A stretch of 35,687 bases of DNA, from NCBI GenBank assembly GCA_964014485.1, contig CAXHAT010000073.1, positions 1 to 35,687 of the forward strand, written 5' to 3'. Below, one piece after another: positions 1 through 8,024 of this stretch. Origin of the DNA: an uncultured Deferribacteres bacterium. GTDB lineage: Bacteria; Zhuqueibacterota; Zhuqueibacteria; Zhuqueibacterales; Geothermadaptataceae. The number at the start of each line of letters is the position of its first letter. Positions within the stretch are counted from its first letter, which is position 1. The position numbers and the translations under genes were made by a program. The notes under the pieces are model-generated. The model did not search any database. It saw only the letters and a program-made list of their open reading frames with translations, and had not been told where the DNA came from.

Positions 1-137
1 GGAGAGTCTCGCGGAGTTTTTTAACAGAAATCTAAATCCCGGACAAGAAATTTTTGTACTTGTGCTATTTGATCAATGTTGAATTCAAAATCTAGTTTTC
101 TCTGCGATTCTCAGCGTCCTTCCCGTCTCTGCGTTTA
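1..137. repeat. Partial copy of the 'cgcagag...ctctgcg' palindromic intergenic repeat (window starts inside it)
   Basis: ctcgcggag at the start and ttttctctgcgattctcagcgtcc...ctctgcgttta at about 97-137 resemble the arms of the copies at 2635-2704 and 5614-5693. Confidence 0.55.
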
Positions 138-216
138 GGGGGCTTGCCTCGGAAGGCAAAAATATTTAGTCAAGCACTAGATGAAAGTTGATTCTAAACG
201 ATATTTATCTTCTGAA

Positions 217-1011
217 ATGATCACCTCTGATTTCCTCGAATTTTCTGTTAAAGACAAAATAGGCCGTCTGGTTCTCAACCGTCCGCCCGTGAATGCGCTG
301 AATGCGCAGCTCATCGCCGATTTAACCGAGTTTTCCAAAAGACTGTCCGCTGAAATTGAACAAGGCAGGCAAGACGTCCGCAGTCTGGTGATCTCGTCCG
401 CGCTCAAACATTTTTGCGCCGGGGCGGATTTAAAAGAGCGCCGCGAACTTCCGGAACATCAGGTCGAAGCCGCCGTCCAGAAAACGCGCAATATGGCCTC
501 TGCCATCGCCGCGATTCCGGTTCCGACGATTGCCGCCGTCAACGGATCAGCGCTGGGCGGGGGCATGGAGTTGGCGTTGGCGGCGGACATGCGCGTCGTC
601 GCGGAATCGGCGAAATTGGGCTTGCGCGAAACGGCGCTGGCCATCATTCCTGGAGCGGGAGGGACGCAAAGATTGCCGCGATTGATCGGGCCGTCGAAAG
701 CGATTTATTGGATCACTTCCGCGAGAATTTTCTCTGCTGAAGAATGCCTGCGCGACGGCGTGGCGAATGAAGTTTGTCCCGATGAAAAACTTTTAGACAG
801 AGCGCTGGAAATCGCCGCCGAAATCGCCCAAAACGGTCCGGTTGCCGTGCGCGCGGCCAAAGATGCGATTCTGCGCGGCCTGGAATTGCCGATGCACGAA
901 GCCCTCGAAATCGAACGGCAAGGCTACGCCAAAATCATCCCGACGCAGGATCGAATTGAAGCTTTGAATGCTTTTCGGGAAAAATGCACCCCGGTCTTTG
1001 AAGGGCGGTAA
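217..1011 (+). CDS. Enoyl-CoA hydratase/isomerase (crotonase family, methylglutaconyl-CoA hydratase-like)
   Basis: Motifs LNRPPVNAL, FCAGADLKE, ALGGGMELALAAD and GLRETALAIIPGAGGTQRLPRLIG. Start could be 181 or 217. Confidence 0.93.
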   Translation: MITSDFLEFSVKDKIGRLVLNRPPVNALNAQLIADLTEFSKRLSAEIEQGRQDVRSLVISSALKHFCAGADLKERRELPEHQVEAAVQKTRNMASAIAAIPVPTIAAVNGSALGGGMELALAADMRVVAESAKLGLRETALAIIPGAGGTQRLPRLIGPSKAIYWITSARIFSAEECLRDGVANEVCPDEKLLDRALEIAAEIAQNGPVAVRAAKDAILRGLELPMHEALEIERQGYAKIIPTQDRIEALNAFREKCTPVFEGR

Positions 1012-1012
1012 G

Positions 1013-1741
1013 TTGGATTGGACTGAAGAAAAGCTTAGCCGTTTGCCTCAACAAGACGGCTTCCGCCTTCGCGGACTGGAGATGACGCGCCTGGAAACGT
1101 TCGCGGACGCCGCGTTTGCTTTCGCGACGACGATGCTGGTGATCTCCACCGGCAGTATTCCAAAAGGATATCAGGAACTGATCTTGGCACTGAAAGATGT
1201 TCCAGCGTTTGCGGCCAGTTTTGCCACCATCGCATGGCTGTGGGTGATGCACCGCAAATGGAGCCGCCGCTACGGTTTGGAAGACGCGGTCTCGACCTTG
1301 ATCAGTCTCGGACTCATCTTCGTCATGCTCGTCTATGTTTATCCGCTGAAAATGATTTTTTCCGCTTTTGCCTATTGGGCGAGCGGCGGTTGGCTGCCGA
1401 CCTCTTTTGTTTTGCAGAAACGCGTTGAACTCATCAATCTGTTTATCATTTACGGCGTCGGTTTCGCAGTTATAAGTTTCATCTATGCCGCCCTGTACGA
1501 CCGCGCTCTAAGACTGGCGGATCAATTGCTTTTGAATCCTCTGGAAAAAATAAAAACCAAGATGGAAATTGGCTTTTCAACGATTCTTGCGCTCACCGGT
1601 CTCGCTTCCGCCATATTTGCGTGGTTGACGCCTTTGAGTTTGGGCGTTTTTGCGGGTTTTATGTACATGACGCTACCCGTTTCGATGTCAATGTTAGGGG
1701 CCCGATATTCAAAAAAGCTAAAGACTTTCGAAGTAGCATAA
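1013..1741 (+). CDS. TMEM175/DUF1211 family membrane protein (putative K+ channel-like)
   Basis: N-terminal RLETFADAAFAFATTMLV matches the RxxxFSD family motif, followed by about 6 hydrophobic helices. TTG start 1 nt after the upstream stop (ORF track starts at 968). Confidence 0.8.
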   Translation: MDWTEEKLSRLPQQDGFRLRGLEMTRLETFADAAFAFATTMLVISTGSIPKGYQELILALKDVPAFAASFATIAWLWVMHRKWSRRYGLEDAVSTLISLGLIFVMLVYVYPLKMIFSAFAYWASGGWLPTSFVLQKRVELINLFIIYGVGFAVISFIYAALYDRALRLADQLLLNPLEKIKTKMEIGFSTILALTGLASAIFAWLTPLSLGVFAGFMYMTLPVSMSMLGARYSKKLKTFEVA

Positions 1742-1758
1742 ATGCAGGAGATGGATTT

Positions 1759-2622
1759 ATGAAGATTTTAGTCACCGGGGGAACTGGAACGGTTGGCTCT
1801 TCGGTCGTTCAGGAACTGCTGGCGCGCGATGTTGAAATTTCAGTTCTAACGCGCAGCGAGGAAAGCGCGAAAAAGTTGCCGCAGGGCGTGAACGCCGTGA
1901 TTGGGAACTTAGCTGAACCGGACGACGTTCTCTCTGCATTTTCCGGCATGGACGGGTTGTTCTTGCTCAACGCCGTCGGCCCGACCGAAACCCACGAAGG
2001 TTTGATGGCCGTTTGCGGGGCAAGATTGGCCGGAATCAAGCGCATCGTTTATCTGTCGGTGCATCACGCGGACGGCGCGCCGTGGCTGCCGCATTTCGGC
2101 GCGAAAATCGCCGTGGAAACCGCATTGAAAAAATCTGGCATTCCACACACGATCCTCCGGCCCAACAATTTTTTCCAAAACGATTATTGGTTTAAAGATA
2201 TTATTCTAAATTACGGCGTTTACCCCGCGCCCATCGGCGACGCGGGGGTCTCGCGCGTTGATGTTCGCGACATCGCGGAAGCCGCCGCGATTACGCTGAC
2301 GACGGACGGTCACGACGGCGAAACTTACAATCTCGTCGGCCCGACGCTGGAAACCGGGCAAAGCGCCGCGGCAACCTGGAGCACGGTTTTGGGCAAAACT
2401 GTTGCTTACGGCGGCAATAATCTCGACGCTTGGGCGAAACAGGTCAGCGATTACTACCCGGCCTGGATGGTTTTCGACCTCAAATTGATGTTTGAATTTT
2501 TTCAACAAGAAGGCCTGAAAGCGCCGCAAGAAGACCTTGACCGCCTGACCAAACTGCTTGGCCGCCCGCCGCGTAATTTTGAAGATTTTGCCAAAGAAAC
2601 GGCGGCGATGTGGCAGGCTTGA
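1759..2622 (+). CDS. NmrA-like / atypical SDR NAD(P)-binding protein
   Basis: MKILVTGGTGTVG Rossmann motif, ILRPNNFFQN and VDVRDIAEAAA. AGGAG RBS lies upstream of ATG 1759. Confidence 0.9.
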   Translation: MKILVTGGTGTVGSSVVQELLARDVEISVLTRSEESAKKLPQGVNAVIGNLAEPDDVLSAFSGMDGLFLLNAVGPTETHEGLMAVCGARLAGIKRIVYLSVHHADGAPWLPHFGAKIAVETALKKSGIPHTILRPNNFFQNDYWFKDIILNYGVYPAPIGDAGVSRVDVRDIAEAAAITLTTDGHDGETYNLVGPTLETGQSAAATWSTVLGKTVAYGGNNLDAWAKQVSDYYPAWMVFDLKLMFEFFQQEGLKAPQEDLDRLTKLLGRPPRNFEDFAKETAAMWQA

Positions 2623-2634
2623 ATTCTTGATCTT

Positions 2635-2704
2635 AACGCAGAGAGCGCGAAGGTGCGGAGTTTCGCAGAGATATTTTTCTCTGCGCCTTTGCGAACTCAG
2701 CGTT
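2635..2704. repeat. Palindromic intergenic repeat ('aacgcagagagcgc...cgcagag / ctctgcg...ttgcgaactc.gcgtt' family)
   Basis: Shares ttaacgcagagagcgc, ttcgcagag and ctttgcgaactc.gcgtt with the copy at 5614-5693. Internal cgcagag/ctctgcg inverted repeat. Confidence 0.8.
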
Positions 2705-2725
2705 GAAAAAACACAGAGTGAAACG

Positions 2726-3022
2726 ATGAAAAAGCTCACGAGAATTACTTTCGATCCCAATGTTATGGGCGGCAAGCCTTGTATTCGTGGCATGCGCGTC
2801 ACGGTCGGTGCGATTGTCGGCTTGGCTGCATCAGGACGTACAAATGCGGAGATTCTCGAAGCTTATCCATATCTGGAGCCGGAAGATATTCAAGAAGCAT
2901 TGGAATACGATGCGCACGAGTGGGATTTGCAATTTGAACCGGATGTCAGGAATGGCAAGCTCGATAATTTGACAGGGCGAGCAGTGAAGGATTTTCAAAA
3001 AGGCGATTTTACAAAGCTTTGA
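2726..3022 (+). CDS. DUF433 family antitoxin fused to the C-terminal part of a second small antitoxin-like protein (probable chimera)
   Basis: RITFDPNVMGGKPCIRGMRVTV...ILEAYPYLEPEDIQEALEY is DUF433. The tail DAHEWDLQFEPDVRNGKLDNL..AVKDFQKG..KL resembles a different family. Confidence 0.8.
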   Translation: MKKLTRITFDPNVMGGKPCIRGMRVTVGAIVGLAASGRTNAEILEAYPYLEPEDIQEALEYDAHEWDLQFEPDVRNGKLDNLTGRAVKDFQKGDFTKL

Positions 3023-3048
3023 ACCGAGAGTTTGACGGATTGCACAAG

Positions 3049-3124
3049 AACATGCTAAAGCATGGACTACAAACGACAGTACGACCTTCGACTCTGAGCG
3101 TAAGAGAACTGCTGTCGTTTATAA
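3049..3124. repeat. REP doublet (REPIN-like) element, degenerate copy
   Basis: Hairpin catgc-taaa-gcatg plus gactacaaacgac (GTAG foot on the minus strand), 36-nt spacer, then gtcgttt. Collinear with the copy at 7865-7956. Confidence 0.7.
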
Positions 3125-3182
3125 TGTGTCTTTCGGCAATTTGTTGTGCAAAGTTTGATCTCACAAAATACAAATCTGAAAA

Positions 3183-3869
3183 ATGAGCGCACTGAAAGAA
3201 ATCCTTGACGGCATTGACGCTGTTTCGAAGGCGATAAAAAACATGGGCGGCATTATCGACGCCGTGCGCGCCGGAAAAGGCTATTTTGAAAAACGCTACA
3301 AAGCGGCGGGCGACGACGTGCGCGGCATCCTGGAAGAAATGAGCAAAACGCTGATTACCGCCAGCTCGGCGACTTCGATCATCACCCATTTTTCCTTCAT
3401 CGACGATCCATCCGCCCACGCAGTCGATCTGCGCGAATTCAACAATCGCATCATGGACGGCAAAGCGGAAATCAATCGCTTGCGTCAGGACATTGACGAA
3501 TATCGCGGGCACTGCTCGAAGATTCGCCACCACGCTGAGAACATTAAACAAGGCAGCGGAATGGATTCGATTTTTCGCGTGTTTGGCGTGAAATCGAAAG
3601 AGGAGAACGAAAAACTGAGCTTTCAGCTTGAGGAGATTTACAACGAAGAGTTGCATCATTATCTTACGGTTAACGCGTTGTGCGACAACCTCGAGCGCGC
3701 CATCACGCACGTTCACGAAACGCTCGGCGGGACGGGCATGATCCAGCCCGAAAACATTCCCGTCGCCGCGGATTTATTGACGGAATATGCCAAAGCGTTC
3801 CTGCGCGTCGAATCTATGGCAAACCACAAAGTCTTTCAAATCCGCGAGCTTGTGCGAGGGCTTTCGTAA
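3183..3869 (+). CDS. Hypothetical protein, predicted mostly alpha-helical/coiled-coil
   Basis: 228-aa ORF with codon usage like neighbouring genes, 13 nt before the next gene. No family recognised. Confidence 0.8.
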   Translation: MSALKEILDGIDAVSKAIKNMGGIIDAVRAGKGYFEKRYKAAGDDVRGILEEMSKTLITASSATSIITHFSFIDDPSAHAVDLREFNNRIMDGKAEINRLRQDIDEYRGHCSKIRHHAENIKQGSGMDSIFRVFGVKSKEENEKLSFQLEEIYNEELHHYLTVNALCDNLERAITHVHETLGGTGMIQPENIPVAADLLTEYAKAFLRVESMANHKVFQIRELVRGLS

Positions 3870-3882
3870 GGGGGTATAGACG

Positions 3883-4194
3883 ATGGACAAAACGTTAGTC
3901 AGAATTAAGCGTGCGGTCTTGGCGGGACGTTATGTGTTTAGTGAAAAAGCGCAATTGGAAATGGAAGCGGACGGCATTTCTGAGTTGGACGTTGCGGAAT
4001 CTATCTTAAACGCTGTGGCAATCTACAAGAGAATTCGATCACGAAGCCGTTTTCAACAAAAGAAACGCGAATATCTTTATGTCATTCAAAGCACAAATCT
4101 GGACGGACTCATGATTTACACGAAAGGCAAGCTTGCGAAAGAAAACGACGAAGAAAGTTTCTACTTTCTCATTTCATCAAAAAGGGCTTTTTAA
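3883..4194 (+). CDS. DUF4258-like putative toxin (RelE/BrnT-like RNase)
   Basis: RIKRAVLAGRYVFSEKAQLEMEADGISELDVAESILN resembles the DUF4258 N-terminus. Sits directly upstream of a YgiT-type zinc finger gene. Confidence 0.65.
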   Translation: MDKTLVRIKRAVLAGRYVFSEKAQLEMEADGISELDVAESILNAVAIYKRIRSRSRFQQKKREYLYVIQSTNLDGLMIYTKGKLAKENDEESFYFLISSKRAF

Positions 4195-4208
4195 GCAGGT
4201 CAAAAAAA

Positions 4209-4433
4209 ATGGTACACATGACAATTTGCCCGGTTTGTGGCGGAAAGCTAAATCGAGTTAAAAAAAACTGGAAAGGCGAGCACAAAGGACAAAAGTATAT
4301 CGTGCCTGAATTGGTCTATTATGCTTGCACACAATGCCATGAAAAAATCTTACCTCGTGAGGCGATGCGAAGGATTGAAGAATATTCGCCAGCCTTCCAA
4401 GTTAAAATTGTTAAAACTAAAGAAGCGGCTTAG
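4209..4433 (+). CDS. YgiT/MqsA-type zinc finger protein (putative antitoxin, no HTH)
   Basis: CPVCGG...IVPELVYYACTQCHEKILPREAMRRIE pattern, 74 aa. Confidence 0.8.
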   Translation: MVHMTICPVCGGKLNRVKKNWKGEHKGQKYIVPELVYYACTQCHEKILPREAMRRIEEYSPAFQVKIVKTKEAA

Positions 4434-4450
4434 AATTTAGGATTTGCCAT

Positions 4451-5593
4451 ATGCAATTTTCTGAAGAATTAATGATGATGCGCGATTTGGCGCGCGAGTT
4501 TGCTGAAAACGAGATTGCGCCGATGGCGGCGGAGATTGACGAGACCTCGGAATTTCCGATGGAAAACCTTCGCAAAATGGGCGAACTGGGTTTGCTCGGC
4601 ATTCCGTTTTCGGAGGAATACGGCGGCTCCGGCATGAATTCGCTGGCGTTCGCACTGGCGATGGAACAGTTCGGCGCGGCCTGCGGCGCAACGACGCTTT
4701 CAGTGGCGGCGCATGTTTCTCTCTGCTCAACGCCGATCTACATGTTCGGTACGGAAGCGCAAAAAAAGAAGTATTTGCCGGATTTGCTTTCCGGACGCAA
4801 AATCGGCTCATTCTGCCTCTCCGAAGCCGCCTCCGGTTCAGACGCAGCAGCGATGGTGACGCGCGCTGAACGGGACGGCGATCATTATGTTTTAAATGGA
4901 ACGAAACAATGGGTGACCAATGGCGGATATGCCGGCACATTCGTGGTTTTCGCCAAAACCGACCCGGAAAAACGCGGCCACGGCGTAAGCGCGTTCATTG
5001 TTGAAAAGGAAATGGACGGGGTTGTCGTCGGGCAAAAAGAGGACAAGATGGGCTTGCGCGCCAGCGACACGCGGCAAATGTCGTTTGAAAACGTGCGAGT
5101 GCCGGCGGAAAATCTTCTTGGCGGAGAAAACAAAGGATTTGCCGTCGCCTTGAACACGCTAGACGGCGGACGCATTGGCATCGGCGCGATGTCCATCGGT
5201 TTGGCGCGCGCGGCGATGGAACACGCAACGCGCTACGCCAAAGAACGCGTCGCCTTTGGTCGGGCGATTTCAGAGTTTCAAGCGATTCAATGGTACATTG
5301 CGGACATGGCGACGCACATCGAAGCTTCGCGGCTTCTGGTTCATCAAGCGGCGCGTTTGCGCGATGCAGGCAAGCCTTACGGAAAAGAAGCGGCGATGGC
5401 CAAATTGTTCGCCAGCGAAATGGCGATGAAGGCGGCCAACAAAGGCGTACAGATTCTCGGCGGCTACGGCTACAGCCGCGACTACCCGCTCGAACGCATT
5501 TTCCGCGACACAAAACTCATGGAAATCGGTGAAGGAACGAGCGAAGTGCAGCGGATTGTCATCGCCAAGCATATTTTGAATGAGATCGCGTGA
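4451..5593 (+). CDS. Acyl-CoA dehydrogenase (short/branched-chain, butyryl-CoA dehydrogenase-like)
   Basis: FCLSEAASGSD, LNGTKQWVTNG, KMGLRASDT, RVAFGRAI, QILGGYGY and EIGEGTSEVQR. Confidence 0.95.
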   Translation: MQFSEELMMMRDLAREFAENEIAPMAAEIDETSEFPMENLRKMGELGLLGIPFSEEYGGSGMNSLAFALAMEQFGAACGATTLSVAAHVSLCSTPIYMFGTEAQKKKYLPDLLSGRKIGSFCLSEAASGSDAAAMVTRAERDGDHYVLNGTKQWVTNGGYAGTFVVFAKTDPEKRGHGVSAFIVEKEMDGVVVGQKEDKMGLRASDTRQMSFENVRVPAENLLGGENKGFAVALNTLDGGRIGIGAMSIGLARAAMEHATRYAKERVAFGRAISEFQAIQWYIADMATHIEASRLLVHQAARLRDAGKPYGKEAAMAKLFASEMAMKAANKGVQILGGYGYSRDYPLERIFRDTKLMEIGEGTSEVQRIVIAKHILNEIA

Positions 5594-5613
5594 GATAAAA
5601 ATTTAAAAATTTT

Positions 5614-5693
5614 AACGCAGAGAGCGCCGAGACGCAAAGTCTTCGCAGAGTTAATTTTAAGAAAATCTCCGCGTTCTTTGCGAACTCGGCGTT
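5614..5693. repeat. Palindromic intergenic repeat, same family as 2635-2704
   Basis: aacgcagagagcgccgagacgcaaagtcttcgcagag...ctccgcgttctttgcgaactcggcgtt fills most of the intergenic gap. Confidence 0.8.
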
Positions 5694-5699
5694 TAGAAA

Positions 5700-6545
5700 A
5701 TGAAAATCGGAAACACGGAAATTTTCGTCATCCAGGACGGGACGTTCAAGCTCGACGGCGGGGCGATGTTTGGCATTGTGCCCAAACCGCTTTGGTCGCG
5801 ATTGATCCCGGCGGACGAGCAAAATCGCATTGTTCTCGGTTTGAACTGCTTGCTGGTCATCCGAAAAAATGAGCGTATTTTGATCGACACGGGCGTCGGC
5901 GATAAATTCGATGCAAAATCCGAGAGAATCTATGGGATTGAAGCCAATCGCAAGAACCTGTTGCAAGGCTTGGTGGAAAAGGGCTTGCAGCCCGAAGATA
6001 TAACGCACGTGATCATGTCGCACATGCACTTCGACCACATCGGCTGGAACACGCGGCGCGATGATTCGGGCGAACTAAAACCGACTTTTTCGAACGCCGT
6101 CTATTTCGCGCAAAAAGGCGAATTTGAAACGGCCAACAATCCCGATTCCCGCAGTCGCGGCAGCTATTTGGCGGAAAACTGGGCGCCGTTGGAAGCCGCC
6201 GAGCAACTGCAATTGCTCAATGGCACGAGCGAAGTTTTGCCGGGAATCGAAAGTGTCGTCACGGGCGGGCACACGAAGCATCACACGATGGTCAAGATCG
6301 ATACAGGCGGAACGACCGTCTGTTTTCTGGCGGATTTAGCGCCGACCAGCGCGCATTTGAAAACGCCCTACGTCATGGGCTACGATCTCTATCCGCGCCA
6401 GACGATTGAAATGAAGCCAAAAGTTTTACGGCAAGCGTTCGACGAAAAATGGTTGATCGTTTTCCCGCATGACGCCAACGCTCTCGGCGGATATTTAAAA
6501 CAGGACGGTAAAAACTGGTTTGTCGATAGAGTTAATTTGAGTTGA
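5700..6545 (+). CDS. MBL-fold metallo-hydrolase (YtnP-like)
   Basis: DGTFKLDGGAMFGIVPKPLW, ILIDTGVG, SHMHFDHIG (HxHxDH), GGHTKHH, FLADL, MGYDLYP and FPHD. Confidence 0.9.
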   Translation: MKIGNTEIFVIQDGTFKLDGGAMFGIVPKPLWSRLIPADEQNRIVLGLNCLLVIRKNERILIDTGVGDKFDAKSERIYGIEANRKNLLQGLVEKGLQPEDITHVIMSHMHFDHIGWNTRRDDSGELKPTFSNAVYFAQKGEFETANNPDSRSRGSYLAENWAPLEAAEQLQLLNGTSEVLPGIESVVTGGHTKHHTMVKIDTGGTTVCFLADLAPTSAHLKTPYVMGYDLYPRQTIEMKPKVLRQAFDEKWLIVFPHDANALGGYLKQDGKNWFVDRVNLS

Positions 6546-6561
6546 AAGGTCGAAAAGCTGT

Positions 6562-6629
6562 TTTTTTGACAGGATAACAGGATCAACCAGATTCAATTAA
6601 AACGCTATCCGGTAAATCCCGTCAAAAAA
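6562..6629. repeat. Palindromic repeat ('gacaggat..caggat / atcc.gtaaatccc.tc' family), possibly a bidirectional terminator
   Basis: ttttttgacaggataacaggat...atccggtaaatcccgtcaaaaaa with ttttttgac/gtcaaaaaa ends. Related sequence at 34594-34726. Confidence 0.6.
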
Positions 6630-6650
6630 TTAAATCAAGTAGAGGAAAGA

Positions 6651-7835
6651 ATGAAAATACGAGAAGTTGTCATTGCGGGGGCGAATCGTACGCCGGTGGG
6701 CGCTTTTAATGGCGGGCTGGCGGACATGCCGTCACCGGAACTAGGTGCGATTGCCATCAAGAACGCTTTGCAACGCGCGGGCGTTTCAGCAGATAAAGTG
6801 AATGAAGTGATCATGGGCTGCGTGCTTCCGGCGGGCGTTGGGCAGGCGCCGGCGAGGCAGGCTGCGTTGAAAGCCGGTTTGCCGAACGGCGTGACCTGCA
6901 TGACGATCAACAAAGTCTGCGGCTCCGGACTCAAGTCCGTCATGCTGGCCGCTCAGGCGATTGCGCTGGGCGACGCGGACGTCATCGTTGCGGGCGGCAT
7001 GGAAAACATGAGTCGTGCGCCTTATCTCCTCGAAAAAGCCAGAAACGGCTATCGCCTCGGACACGGCCAATTGACCGACTCAATGATCAAGGACGGTCTC
7101 TGGGATGTTTACAACGACTTTCACATGGGCAACGCGGCGGAACTCTGCGCCAGCGAATGCAACATCCCGCGTGAAGCGCAGGACGATTATTCCGAAGAAA
7201 GCTACAAACGTGCGCAAGCGGCGCAAGCGAACGGCTGGTTCAAAAATGAAATCACGCCGCTGGAAATCCCCCAGCGCAAAGGTAATCCGATTCTCGTGGA
7301 TGCGGATGAAGAGCCTGGACGCGCGAATTTCACCAAAATGCGTACACTGCGACCGGCCTTCAAAAAAGACGGCACGGTGACAGCGGCGAATGCTTCAAAA
7401 ATCAACGATGGGGCGGCAGCTATGGTGGTCATGGCGCGTGAAACGGCGGACGCGATGGGCGTAAAGCCGCTGGCGAAAATCGTCGCGCAAGCTTCGGCGG
7501 CGAAAGCGCCGGAATGGTTTACCACAGCGCCGGTCGACGCGATTCAACGCATTTTCACCAAAACTGGAATGTCCGTTGACGACATAGATCTTTTCGAAAT
7601 CAACGAAGCTTTTGCGGTCGTTTCCATGGCGGCGCGCGATCAATTGGGCATTCCGATGGACAAGCTTAACGTTCACGGCGGCGCCGTCGCTCTTGGACAT
7701 CCTATTGGCGCGAGCGGCGCGCGCATTTTGACGACGCTGATTCATGCGCTGCATCAGCACGATAAAAAATTTGGGCTTGCGGCGATTTGCATTGGCGGCG
7801 GCGAGGCTTCGAGTGTGATTGTTGAAAGAATTTAA
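6651..7835 (+). CDS. atoB: Acetyl-CoA C-acetyltransferase (thiolase)
   Basis: RTPVGAF, TINKVCGSG (Cys), GGMENMS, NASKINDGAA, EINEAF, GHPIGASG and AICIGGG. Confidence 0.95.
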   Translation: MKIREVVIAGANRTPVGAFNGGLADMPSPELGAIAIKNALQRAGVSADKVNEVIMGCVLPAGVGQAPARQAALKAGLPNGVTCMTINKVCGSGLKSVMLAAQAIALGDADVIVAGGMENMSRAPYLLEKARNGYRLGHGQLTDSMIKDGLWDVYNDFHMGNAAELCASECNIPREAQDDYSEESYKRAQAAQANGWFKNEITPLEIPQRKGNPILVDADEEPGRANFTKMRTLRPAFKKDGTVTAANASKINDGAAAMVVMARETADAMGVKPLAKIVAQASAAKAPEWFTTAPVDAIQRIFTKTGMSVDDIDLFEINEAFAVVSMAARDQLGIPMDKLNVHGGAVALGHPIGASGARILTTLIHALHQHDKKFGLAAICIGGGEASSVIVERI

Positions 7836-7864
7836 CGTGCAGCGTCTCTGAGCGTGCCATGAAA

Positions 7865-7956
7865 AACACGCTGAAGCGTGAACTACAAACGACGTAGCGC
7901 CCTTCATCTCTGAGTGTAAAGAAAGCTCGGTCGTTTGTAGTTCAGCTTTCAGGCTG
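7865..7956. repeat. GTAG-type REP doublet (REPIN-like)
   Basis: Perfect 15-bp inverted repeat tgaactacaaacgac (7879-7893) / gtcgtttgtagttca (7930-7944). Each arm carries a hairpin: cacgc-tgaa-gcgtg and cagct-ttca-ggctg. Confidence 0.8.
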
Positions 7957-8024
7957 CATTTCAAGCGCTCCCTTGTGCCAATGGAGACGTTTTTGACGAA
8001 GTATTTATTTTAAAAAGGTTAGAA

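Noticed and set aside
2635..7956. Repeats as a CRISPR array or attC cassette array
   Set aside because: Copies are dispersed, belong to different families, are not regularly spaced and lack attC core-site geometry. No cas or intI gene is present.
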